DNA of 61,919 nt, filler included, from Jimgerdemannia flammicorona (Eukaryota), in the NCBI GenBank assembly GCA_003990765.1. It is 3 parts of 3 records of this genome, joined end to end, with 100 filler letters (N's around TTAATTAATTAA, not from the genome) between each part and the next. Parts side by side here need not be neighbours in the genome. Positions count along the whole stretch, not along the records: positions 1 to 20,577 come from RBNJ01001648.1; positions 20,678 to 41,252 come from RBNJ01001649.1; 1 more part is not named here. One strand, given 5' to 3'. A program made the position numbers and the translations under genes. The notes under the pieces were generated by a model. The model was not told the origin of the DNA, searched no databases, and saw only the letters and a program-made list of their open reading frames with translations. Shown piece after piece: positions 14,758-26,050 of this stretch (position 1 is its first letter; the number at the start of each line of letters is the position of its first letter).

Positions 14758-17206
14758 ATTCATTTCTTCTGTCATATCATTGGTTTGAGAGTAGTATGAT
14801 GTAGTTTGTTTGAGGCAGATCTTATAAAATTAAGCATAACTTATAATTATATTATTGATGAATTCTGTACCTCCATCAGAAATAAGTTCTTCTGGGGGTC
14901 TATATCTGAGTGTGAGACTATAGAGAAGACCAATAATAGACAAGATATTAGCAATTTATATTGAAAGAGTATTATATCATTTAGTCAGATATTCTATAAA
15001 TACTTAGATATATTTATTTCTTCTTAATATAATTAGTAGGTATTCAATAATATCTCCTTCTCATTTTTGAAAGATATGAACTAGTGGTGTGATTTATTAT
15101 AGTGGTACTTGATAGTTTTTCTTTTATTAGTACTTCTGCAGATATTATATTTCTTAAGTAGATCTTATACTTATATTCTGAAGTGGGGTCAGTATTGGTG
15201 TATTATTCATAGCCTTCTTCTATATTTACTAATTCTTGATAGACTTTTAGATATTCTTGTCAGATGAGGTCTTTTTGTACTTTAGTAGTTATAAAAACTT
15301 CCTTTTAGATATAGTTCCTCAGTATACTCTTTTTCTAGTTTATTGGAGTTAGTCAGAAAGTATATTAATATTATTGTGAGCTTTCTCTACTTTGTAGATA
15401 ATAGTGATTTTGTAATCCTATAGAATAAAGATCCAGTGGATAAGAATTTCAATAGATTTCTTATAGTTGAATAGCTATTTGAGAGCAGTATAGTCAGTTA
15501 TCAGAGTGAACCTTTTTTTAATAAGATAGTATTTAAATAAGATACTTACTTACATAATTATAAGGTATTTTAATTTAATGCTACTATAATTGATTTGCTA
15601 CTAGTTAGTAGCTTAGCTTATATAAGCTATTATATAGTACTACTGATTATATTTTTCTTAGACTAGAACTACTCTAAGGTCATCTTTAGAGATATTTATA
15701 TATAAGATAAATCACTTTTACAGATTGTATTATATAAGAATTAATTCTATAGTTATGTAGTACTTGAGTTCTTTGAAGGCTAATTCTTATAGTTCTATCT
15801 ATTTGGATAATATTTCTATCTTGAGAAGAGTTCAAATTGAGGCAGCAATTTGGACAAAGTTCTTAATAAATCTTCTATAATAAGACACTAGTATCAAGAA
15901 TGATAGTATTTCCTTTAAAGTCTTAGGTACTAGTTAGTTATTGATCTTCTTAGATTTCTTTGAATCTATATAAGTTTCTTCCTTAGAAATAATAAACCTA
16001 AGATATTTAAGTTTCTGTTTTCCAAAGTAGTATTTCTTAGTATTGAGTCTCAGATAGTTCTTATAGGTGAACTAAAAGAATTCTTCTAGATAATATAGAT
16101 ATTCTTCAAAATTTGCTGAATAGATATTAGAATTATCTATATATATAATTAGGCAGTAGTAAATCAGTAGGCCATAGACTGAGTTCATCATTCACTGAAA
16201 GATGGAAAGTGTATTGCAGATCTAAAGAATATTCAGAAGTATTCAAATAGAGTTTCTGGAATAAGAAAGACTGTTTTCTGAATATCTTTAGAGTCTATGG
16301 AGATTTTATAGAATTCTATAAAAAGATCTATACTGTTGAAGTATCTGGTATCTTGTAATTAGTCTAGAAGACTATTAATTCTAGATAAAGGATGGGCATC
16401 TTTTTCTGTCACTGAGTTGAGCTTTCTATAGTTTACACAAAGTTTCCATCCTCTTTTCTTAAGTATAATAAGTATAAGACTGGTCCAGGAGCTGGTAGAG
16501 GATCAGATAACTCTATTGTTTAAAAGATCCTGAATATTGTAAGAGGGTTGCTTTTTTAGGGTAACTATTACATAGTTCTGAAAAGGTTTTCTGGGTATTC
16601 TGGAAGACCAATTTCTTATGGTCAAGATCAATTTTGTATGGAGTACATCCTCTATGCTTATTGATTTCAAGATCGGGTTGATGTCTCAACCAAAGTCCTT
16701 TTTCAGACTAGTTCTGGATGTTCAGGATTTTCCATATTTCAGGAAGTTCAAGAAACTAAGACCAGCTTAGTTGAATTGGCATATCACTGCAGACAATACC
16801 CAATTAGGAAATTTCATGAGGGGGTTAGGAGTGGGACCTAACGGGGAGTGGATTTACTTAAGAGTAGTTTGTGGGTTATTAAATAGGTTTATTCACTATT
16901 CATGATATTGCTATACTAGGAGTAGTTGTGTAAAGGGATATTGTAGGGAAGTATTCAGAAATATTCTTGTGTGTTCGAGTCTGAGATTCTGAGGTCTGTG
17001 GGAGTGAGTATTTATACTAGTGAGGGGCTATCTGGACTATGCTGAATATAGATGTAGCACTAAGTACTTTGCTGAGTCAGAATGCAGTCACATAGTACCA
17101 AGTGTGATCTGATATGTCAAGAGATTGTCTGACCACTGAGTCAGTTCACAGTCATGTCGTACAAGGCTAATCTAACTATACTATGACTGCTAGGCTATTT
17201 ATAGGT

Positions 17207-18304
17207 TTAGGTGCTGTCTGGGTAGTCCTCGATGATATCACCATCGATTGCATCATCTCTGATGAAGTAGTCATCTAGGAAGAGTGGTTTGCGGATTACT
17301 TCTCCTTGTTCGCTGAGGTAATAATACATTGGAACTTCATCTCTATCCCACAGGATAGCATCGTCTGTCTCGTATGCTGGATAAGGTATTGGTGGGCGAA
17401 GGAGGGGTATATCATTTTCACTTTCATCAGATTCGCTATCTGCATATCTTCTGTAAGTTACAGCACTATGAGTTGCAGGATTGTAGTAAGCTGGTGGCTG
17501 TGGTTCATGTTACTCGTACTTAGGTGGTGGAGTGGTTGGTTCAGTCTCGAGGGTTGTCTGGAGGTACAGGTTGTGTTCTCTGGTCTCTTTATTGTAGTTG
17601 AAATAATTGGAGGTGAACATGGGTTGGTATTCATACCAGTGGTCATTGTCCCAATAAGTCTCATAGGCTGTTATGAATTGTTGTAAGTTCATTGGCAAGG
17701 TTTGTGGTGTGATCAGGGTTGGCAGAGATCCTTGGCTAGAGGTCATGTTGGCATCAGAGGGATCATTGTCTTCTGCTTCATCTTCATCAAAGTGGATTAT
17801 ATCATAGATATCTTTCATGGCGTATCCAACTTGGGGCATTTGCAGGATATGATCGTTGGGGTGTGGGAAGGTTCTGTCTGTAGTTTCGATGTACTCGAGG
17901 TACTTGTGGTTGAGTTCTTGTATTATGTCATTGATTTGGCCATAGGACAGGGTAGCAACCATTTTACTGGTAGTAACTCAGAGGTGGGGAATAATGGTAC
18001 TGTACTCATAGAAGAGTTCTCGATGTTTGCAAGCGATGAGCTTCTGATGTTGAGACATCTCGGTAATGTCTGTATCATAGTGGTGTTCGACCATGTCTTC
18101 CAGGAGGCGGCCGATCTGGTAGTAGCTTGAGATTTGTCCAATTCGGTTGGCCTCGCTAAGCATGTTCAGAGCATTCCAACAGGCTTCTATGAAGTAGAGG
18201 AGTACTAGGCTATGGATATTCATGAGGGGCAGAGGGAGTGTGGCTCAGTTGACAATGGCATTCCAAATGTCAGCATGGATGCAGGTATAGATCTTGGTGG
18301 TCAT
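17207..18304 (-). pseudogene. LTR-internal ORF A: reconstructed 365-aa protein of unknown function
   Basis: Single frame from ATG 18304 to TAA 17207 (366 codons), joining track ORFs 17978-18223 and 17510-17962. Only three internal stops (TGA 18245, TGA 17978, TAA 17510), each one C>T from CGA/CAA. No frameshift. Confidence 0.8.
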
Positions 18305-18361
18305 GTTTGTGTGTTTGGAAGTTGTGGTTGTTGTTTTGTTTTAGTTCTCTGATTTGACGCA

Positions 18362-18468
18362 GTATATATGCATTTGATCCTGATTGGTAAGATTCCATTT
18401 GTGTAGATCTTGTGTTCTGTGACTTTGTATTGACTCAGCTTTGTGCACTGTGACTTTGGTTTGACTCA
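18362..18468 (-). promoter_or_regulatory. Putative promoter of LTR ORF A (TATA-like, CCAAT, 2x TGASTCA in a 31-bp tandem duplication)
   Basis: CATATATA about 60 nt upstream of the ATG, CCAAT at 18383-18387, TGACTCA at 18431 and 18462. Confidence 0.5.
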
Positions 18469-20577
18469 GCTTCGTGATCGAGCAGGTGATTTCCAGATTT
18501 GTTCAGAGGTTGCATGTGATTTCAGTGGCTTGTTCAGAGGATGATATGTAATTTCGATAGCTTGGAGGTTGTGCGCTTACAAATATATTCCTTCTTGAAT
18601 ATCTTTGGATAATAAGGTATTCTATAAGGTTTCTGTCAGATAAGTATTGGATTTTCTGTATTTATACTATACATAGTAGTATATAGATTATATAGTAGAT
18701 TATATACTATAGTCTATAGTAAAAATGTCTTGATATTTATAAAGAGGTTCTGTGAGTTGCTACTATTACAATAGTGTCAATTCTTCTCTAATATTAGTAG
18801 AAGACTTTACTTTCTCCTGAGTTATAGAATGGTCTTTCTTATCTTTTATAAATAATTAACTATACTATACTTGATAAATAAAAGAGAGAGATGAAAGAGA
18901 GAGAGGAATATATTTCTAAAGGATATTTGAATACTAATATTATTTTAATATTATAAGTTTATATATAATATAATTATTAAAAAAATATCTCTAAAAAGAA
19001 AAATTACTATAAACTCCTTAATATCTCTAGAATAAAAGATTGCTATAAACTCTCTGATCTTAATCAATTTTAAAGCTTATAATAAAAATATATTAATAAC
19101 AAAACTTAGAAGATTATAAAAGATATATTTTATAATATTCTTAACAAAGTCATCAAAAGAGGTAATTTAAGCTTAAGATCTTATTATTCACAAAAATATT
19201 AGGACAAAAAAGCTTAGACAATCTGTCCAGCATTATCTCTAATTCTGCTCACAGAAGTAACTTCAACAGATAATTACAATTTATACTCAAAACTTAAAGA
19301 AAGATCTACAGTTCTATATTTATAAACTTTATACTTACTAGTAATTATCTAATAATCTATCTAGCTCTTGATATCAGAACTATAAATAAAAAAATTACAT
19401 ACTAAAGAAATAGTTGAAGAACTGCAAATAAACTCACATATCTAACTACTAATAATTACTATAGCTATCATAACTATAACTACTTAACTATAGTCACTAT
19501 AACTATAGCTACTATATATAACTATAATAGCTCCAATAGCCATAGTTAAAGAAAGACTATCTATGATAAAAAGATCCCAAAATATATCAGTTATATTTAC
19601 AATGAAAAAATCCCAAGATATATTTACTTAATTATAAATATTGATATCAGAACTATAAACAAAAGAAAAAATAGTGAAAAAAATAGTAGAAGAGAAAGAA
19701 CTATAAATAAACTTATATATCTGACTCTCAATGACTACCACAGCTCTGATATTTATAATAAAAAGATTCTAAAATATATCTTCTACTTAACTATGAATAT
19801 TGAGATAAAAGGAACAACTAATTCAACTAGAAGAGAGTAGTAAAAAATAATAGCAAGCTAATATATGACCAGTAGCTCCAGTAGTAGACTTTTATTTGAG
19901 TTTATAAAAAAGAGAAATATCTCTATAAAAACCAAGTAGATGTCTAGGTTTGCTCTTTAGACTCAGGTGTTTGTATCTTTTAAACCTAGTAAGTCAAAAA
20001 TTGATAAGATATTAAAGATATCAAGATGTTAGATATTTATAATAATGATAATATATTATGATCTACTCTACAGATACTCTTCAATATATAGTTATAATGA
20101 GATAGATACTAAGAATTTACAAAGACTCATTAGTTTTAGTCTCTCTTTTGACAATCTTATTTCAGAATAACTAAGACTTCTGTCAAAAAATAAAACTCTA
20201 TACAATATGTATAAGTATAGATATTCTAGCATATTTGTAATCTTATCAATAAGATTCATAGAAAGACTACTCTATGTCTCATTTAAACCTTTGATATAAT
20301 CATTATCTCTAGCTTTAACAGTGGTCAAATTTGAAAAAGAACTATAAAGTAAAAGATAAATAATAAGACAGTATATAAGATAATAATTTGGATATATAGA
20401 TAGTTTAGAGAGAGGCTTATATTAAAGATAGAAAAGTTCAGCAAACAGATAGTATTAGAGGTATATATTAGTAAAATAGCATTTTGTATAAATTCATTAA
20501 TAATAAATTAGAAAAGAAAAAAATCTTTTAGTATAAGGAAGATTGTGATCTCTCTTTTTTTTTTTTTTTTTTTTTTT

Positions 20578-20677
20578 NNNNNNNNNNNNNNNNNNNNNNN
20601 NNNNNNNNNNNNNNNNNNNNNTTAATTAATTAANNNNNNNNNNNNNNNNNNNNNNNNNNNNNNNNNNNNNNNNNNNN
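20578..20677. other. Assembly gap with artificial six-frame-stop linker
   Basis: N44-TTAATTAATTAA-N44. Confidence 0.98.
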
Positions 20678-20938
20678 GCAAAGCTCACCCTGCCAGACCC
20701 TTGACCTCCAGCTCTGCCCCCTCTTCCACCATGACCCCCCACCAGCAGGCCCCTCATACTTCCCCCCAAGCTGGGGCCTCTCCCCACTTGCTGCCATTCA
20801 AACACTTCAGGGCCACCCTGCTCAGTACGCACCTCTGGATACTTGTTGGTCGCCATACTACTAGTAGCTTTTCTCCAGAAACTGTGTTGAAAGTATTGCC
20901 AAAGGGTTGTGTAACCTGAATGTTACTGGAGAAAGGTG
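20678..20938 (-). mobile_element. 5' end (UTR plus ORF1 start) of a LINE copy, cut by the gap
   Basis: MATNKYPEVRTEQGGPEVFEWQQVGRG matches the ORF1 N-terminus MATDRQPEV..QGGPSTFDWQQVGRG. 5' motif CACCTTTCTCCAGTAACATTCAGGTTACAC. Confidence 0.9.
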
Positions 20939-21596
20939 TGAGATTCAGCACTATCACCTACTTGTGTCTTGTACTTGCATAGACTCTATATATATCTACT
21001 AACTTTGATAGATAATGATAAATTACCCATTCATTTCTTCTCTACATAGCTGAAATTCCATTGTTGGTCACTACAGTTATACAAATCACAGTAATATTTG
21101 CTGATTACTGATCAAATTACTATACTAAGAAAATACTATACATATATAAAGATGATATTAGTATTTTTTATTATCAGATACATAAATAAATTACATATAT
21201 TTAAACACTTACAGATTTGCCTTCACATTCAACAACCTTTCCATCAGTATTTTTTTGATTCTCAAAATTACATTTTTTATAAATATTGTTACATAGTGGT
21301 CGCTGAGTCCTTCAAATATGCCAGATTCTCTTCAAGGTGTATCTCTTAGACTAACTCAAGTTGTTATAAGCAAGTTCTTATTGGAGTGCCTTCTCAAGGT
21401 CTTATAGTCCTCAAACTTCTTATCTTTAACTATCTTGTTATCTCTTAGATTGCTTGCAAGAGATTGTGTATTATACTGAACTTGACTGATTTTATTCCAG
21501 AGGAAATAAGAGAGGTATTTATACAAAATATAATTTAATGGTTGCTAAGATATAAAGCTAAATATAAATTTCAATAACTAAAACTACTAAGTTCCA

Positions 21597-21724
21597 GAGC
21601 TGGCATTATTTAGTATCACATCAAAATACCAGTGCTGGAATAATTTTGCGTTACCTCAGAATACCAGTGCTGGCATTATCCAGTGTTACATGAGAATACT
21701 GGTGCTGGCATTATCCAGTGTAAC
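21597..21724. repeat. About 35-bp tandem repeat (3-4 units) in LTR B, between the ORF and the second TATA
   Basis: Repeated AATACCAGTGCTGGCATTATCCAGTGT. The equivalent array lies at about 36235-36330. Confidence 0.8.
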
Positions 21725-21731
21725 AAAGAAC

Positions 21732-22610
21732 TTAGAGCAGGAATTTCAGGACCATGGGAGCTTCATCATCATCATCATCGCTGAAGGAGATGAGATCTGC
21801 GAATTCATCATGTAGGTCATACGTTTTGCATACTTCGCATGCCTCGTCGCGCGGTTCGCATGCTTCGGGTATGTCACGTGGGATGACGTCATCGATGACG
21901 TCATCACGTTCAGCTGTGGCGGGGAAATTGGGAACAAGGTCTGGGGCTCTCCAGTCTATGAGGTTCTCTTCTACAAAATAAGGAACAAATGTGGGGTCTT
22001 GGGGAGATCTAACCTGGATGCTTGGGCCTTAGAATACTGAGATCAATCCTTACAGGAATTGGTCTGGGTTGTCCTGAAGAATAGGGTGCCAGAAGTCTTC
22101 TACTTCTTCACTGTTGAGGGTGATGGTGGACTGGACTTCTGTGGCTACCCTGGCTTCTAGTGCATTGATATGGTGGGATGACAGGTCTCTGAAGTCTGAG
22201 ACTCTAACATACTCCAAGTTGGGGATCGACCATAGTGCATGCCTGAAGATCTGATGGATCTTCTTTACTGTTCTTGCCTCACATAGGTCCATGGGAGTGG
22301 CATCTTGTAGCTCTTGAGGGCTGGCCTGTGGGAACTCCCGGCAGAGGAGGTTTCCTATTTCGTATTCCTACCACATTTGGAGGCATTCGGTGGCAATGGT
22401 GATCCTTGTTTCTATTTCGTGGCAGTAGAGAATGAAGTGATAGGGGTCTGTAGTACCCAGGTTGATACTAGAAGTCCTTCTTGAGCAGGTCCTCATAGCT
22501 CTTCTGATGTCTTGGAACATCATTTCCTCGACTGAGATACCTTGATAATTCCTTGACCTTGAGGTTTGGCGGGCAGCAGGTATTTTGTTTGTGGTAAGTC
22601 TTTGAGCTAT
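21732..22610 (-). pseudogene. LTR-internal ORF B: reconstructed protein of about 292 aa, unknown function
   Basis: One frame of 293 codons that includes track ORF 22050-22292. Start codon reads ATA (inferred ATG). Three internal stops: two are sense codons (CAG, CAA) in the 35-kb copy, and one TAA is shared by both copies. Acidic C-terminal tail. Confidence 0.75.
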
Positions 22611-22829
22611 TTTTGAGATTGGTGATTCTTGTTGGTTGCTGCTACTGTGGTTCCTTGATCCTTCTTTTATATTCTTCAGGATGCTTGTACTGTGGTCACA
22701 ATGACTTACAGTTGGTCATAATTGCTCATCTCATATACTGTATGATCTTCTTGTACTCTGATCTGGTGGCTTATAAAGAAAGACTGTCTCCTGTACTGAT
22801 GTCATCATTCTGGGGTCACTATTACAATA

Positions 22830-24374
22830 TATACACAAATATAGCCTGGAGTATCTTCTGTCAAAAATACAAGATCAAACTTAGGATTATATTCTTGATG
22901 AAAAATAGTATAGACTTTAATAATTCTAAAATATGTAATAATAATAATAAATAAGAAGTCTGATGTATACATATATCAATATATATTAGAAATAATTACT
23001 TATTAATTATAGTTTTTCACTGTAACTGTACTAATATCATGAACTTCTTGCTTTTGTGTAAGAGTGATATAATTTACTATAGAGGGTTCTTCAAAATTAT
23101 CATCAAGATCACCTTGAGCAGCATCAATAAGAGCTGAAAATTTTTCAATTTGAATTATTTCAGAATTATTGATGGCTTCTTTTTTAGCTAAAATACCAAG
23201 TATATCTATACAATCTTCAACCTCATCTTGTTGAACCCATGCATCAACAGCCACATTAATTGCAGTATTTATCTTCATCTATTATGAGATAAAATTGAAA
23301 TTACATTGATAAGAGTGATATATTTATATATTTGTTTAATTCTCACTTAATCATACTCACTTATTACAACTGTTACATTCTTCCAATTGATCCATATTAC
23401 TTTGATAACTAATATATTCTTTATACAGGTACTATAATTTAAGGATAATATGAAGAATTTGAGAAATTAGCACAATTTGACATTTTGTCTACTAAAATAT
23501 ATGGTTTACTAATGATTCCTACTGATTTCTGCCTATTTTAAATAAATTGATCCTTACTTTATATTTAGAAACTGTATACTTAAAAATATGCCAATTAGCC
23601 ATATTATAGTATAAATCTGTAAGCTGCTTGATTTTCCATCCTCTCATTGATGAACAGTCTCTACAATATTCTTTACTCAAGGAATAATAGTAAGAGTGGG
23701 TATACTTGAGGTGATCTGCATTGCTATCAATGATGGCTTAGCTGTTTTGATGGATTCAAGTATATCTGCTTATAAAGGAGTATTTCCGAAAGGTCTCTAG
23801 ATCTTATAGCAGCAATTGTTATATGTATAATCCTCAAAAGACTTCTTAGATACAGTTCAGTTTGTATATCTAAGTGCTTCATCATATCTATGATTGATTC
23901 TTGAAAACTCTAGATTCTTACAAACAGTGATAGAAACTTGTATAACTGCTCCTGTAACTCATCTTTTTTCATATTTCTGGACAGCTTTACTTCTTTAGGT
24001 AATTTGCTATTTATTTGTTTAAGAAAACTTTTCAAAACTCTCATGTGTGGGTGACTAAGGAGGATATTGACAAGAATGTTATACTTATCTACAAAGAAAG
24101 CTGACAATAAGCTGGCAGTAACTTGGGTAGACAAAGATGAGGTGGCAACAACTTGAGTAGACAAAGACAAGGAAGGGCTAACAACAGCTTGAGATGACAA
24201 AGACAGGCCAGCAATAGCTTCAGATGACAAAGATGGGTGAGCAATAGCTTGGCTAGACAAGGAGGTAATAGCAAGGGTATGGTCATACCATCTGGCAATA
24301 GTGGCAGCTGATGTAGGTATAGGAGTATTAAGAGTAAGTAAGGCAGACAAAGTAGAAAAAGAAGACAACATCAT
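22830..24374 (-). pseudogene. Decayed spliced gene of unknown type, possibly a DNA-transposon gene; probably continues left of the solo LTR
   Basis: ORF pieces 23003-23278 and 23910-24374. GTGAGT...TAG intron at 23360-23279. 30-bp (10-aa, LSSQAIAxPS) tandem repeat at about 24110-24270. No diagnostic motif recognised. Confidence 0.35.
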
Positions 24375-24574
24375 ATAAAAAACTCAGTTACATGAATTTG
24401 CATATGTATAAGCCACAAAAAATATGGTTGTCAAGGGGATTAGGGCCTTGCTGATTCTCAAAAAAGACCTCAATCTGGGTCCAGTTAGTCATGATGGACC
24501 CTGTACCTCAAGGTACTCACATGAACTTCAATTTTTTTTTTACAGCCAAATCAGCATACCTCAGTGACAAGAAT

Positions 24575-26050
24575 TTAATATTAACCATAAATATATTGGA
24601 ATGATATTAATTGTGAAAATATTCTATGTTTACATATTCTTGACACATGGTACTTCCAGTGCGAGACTCATAGGACCTTAGATTTTTTTGTGACTCGATC
24701 ATATACTAAACGACCCTTCAATACTTTACGCATAGGAAGCACCTAAAGACCTAAGTGGAAGCCATCAGCGCGGGAAGGCCAAATAGTATGAATGTAAGCA
24801 TAAATGAGAGAGTACATATTGTTTGTAATGCTGTTTGTACTTTAAAAACGCATGTGTTATGCACAAAAAATGTCTATTCGAAATCGTGAAATTGGAGCTG
24901 AAAACGAATCAAGCGCATGTCAAAAACCTCACCATTGTCACGAGCTCCAGCTTGAATTTCCCAACTCCGCCTTGGTCTGGTCGAAGCCCTCATTGCCGAA
25001 GTCCCAGAAAATTTGCTTTCTGGGCGGCCGCAGGCGTGGCGTTCAACGAAGTTTATTCAACATCTCCTTTCGGTTTTTGCTGTCCGCGGGTCTTTTGCCG
25101 TGGTCGCCACCAGCCTCTCCGGTTCCGCGTTCGGGAAGCATCACGAACCTGCCCCAATGATTTTCCTTCACTAGGACGTTGTCGTGGATCGCTTGATCGA
25201 AGCGCGCTATGTGCGACCGTACACCTCCATCAAAAAGTGCCTAATATTTATTCGCAGTGATAGTTGCATACTTTATATTAACCATAAGTATATTGGAATG
25301 AGATTAATTGTGAAATATATCTGAGTTTATATATTCTTTGACATATGGTGCCTTCAGTGCGCGCCTCATTGGATCGCAGAGATTTCTGGTGTAATGCTTT
25401 GACTCGATCATATAATGTGTATGTTCGAGCTTATAGTAAACGAACACTGCATTCGTTGCATATTGGAAGCACCTGAAGACCTAAGTGGATATTAGCGCGG
25501 GAAGGTCGAGTGGTATTGACACAAGCATAGGCATAAAAATAAATGAAAGTGGTGCATATTGTTCGTAATGTTCTGTCTATCTTTAAACGAATCATGCCAC
25601 TAGCTAACTGACTTATTAGAACGAATGTTCCGTGGTGAAATTGAAGCGGAATCCGAATCAAGCGCATGTTAGGACCTTAGAAGGCCAGTACACCTTTGTA
25701 ATGAGATTTGCGAAGTCCGCCTCCGTCTCGTCAATCATCCTCTGAAGTCGTAGAATTTTAGGTGAAATTGAATCAAGCGCATATCGGGTTCTTCAGCCTT
25801 TATAAGGATGTCTTCCACAGTGAGCCGGCCCCTACTAACCATTGTCACCAACTCCAACTTGAACCTTTCCAACACCTCCTCGACTTGAAAGTGCTGCTTG
25901 ACGAAGTCGCAAAACAATTCCCAGCTCAGACAATCGCAGGCGCTGCGCTCCACAGATTTGAGATTTTTTAACATCTCCTTTCGATTCCTACTGTCCGCGG
26001 GATCCTTTGCCGTGACTGCCACCAGCCTCTCCGGTTCCGAGTTCGGGAAC
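24575..26050. repeat. Diverged tandem duplication of an approximately 700-bp CpG-retaining unit
   Basis: 24575-25135 aligns with 25274-26048 (tattaaccataa.tatattggaatga, tgactcgatcatata, gaatcaagcgcat, ctgtccgcggg, caccagcctctccggttccg). Confidence 0.85.

Larger units (their letters stand above)
16538..18581 (-). mobile_element. Solo LTR, family A (2044 bp), containing an internal gene cassette
   Basis: TGTAAG...CTTACA inverted termini and a 5-bp TSD AATAT (16533-16537, 18582-18586). No gag/pol inside. Minus-strand GTATAAATAC at 17008-17017 and AATAAA at 16888-16893. Confidence 0.88.
14780..18800 (-). pseudogene. Ty3/Gypsy pol relic (RT-RNaseH-IN), interrupted by the family A solo LTR
   Basis: Relics of LCVNYRKLNSVT..DAHPL.RI, KYLRFII, F.ILVSYYRRFI.NF, L.TDYTALK, and the integrase region. 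The pre-RT region continues across the AATAT duplication at 16533 and 18582. Confidence 0.75.
21287..22826 (-). mobile_element. Solo LTR, family B (1540 bp), containing an internal gene cassette
   Basis: TG..CA termini with ATAT on both sides (21283-21286, 22827-22830). Reverse complement of 35171-36688, which is followed by a PBS and gag. Confidence 0.92.

Noticed and set aside
17207..18304. LTR ORF as an env gene
   Set aside because: No signal peptide, transmembrane segment or furin-type site is evident, and it lies inside the LTR rather than between pol and the LTR.
16538..18581. DNA transposon or MITE with short TIRs
   Set aside because: TG..CA ends, a 5-bp TSD, the TATA/AATAAA layout and the parallel with LTR B (which is attached to PBS-gag) fit a solo LTR better. 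No internal region for family A is present in this window, so this is not fully excluded.
18850..20520. Identity of the AT-rich relic with an internal duplication (about 19365-19600 vs 19635-19800)
   Set aside because: It is too decayed to assign to a family by eye.
20622..20633. TTAATTAATTAA palindrome (also at 41297-41308) as a biological site
   Set aside because: It is centred in identical N runs and is a standard six-frame-stop contig linker.
20555..20938. Poly(T) before the gap and LINE 5' end after it as one element
   Set aside because: The flanks (GATTGTGATCTCTC vs TGAGATTCAGC) show no TSD, so contiguity across the gap is unsupported.
24470..24505. TA-CAGGGTCC as a Tc1/mariner-type TIR
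   Set aside because: No matching partner end was found in the window.
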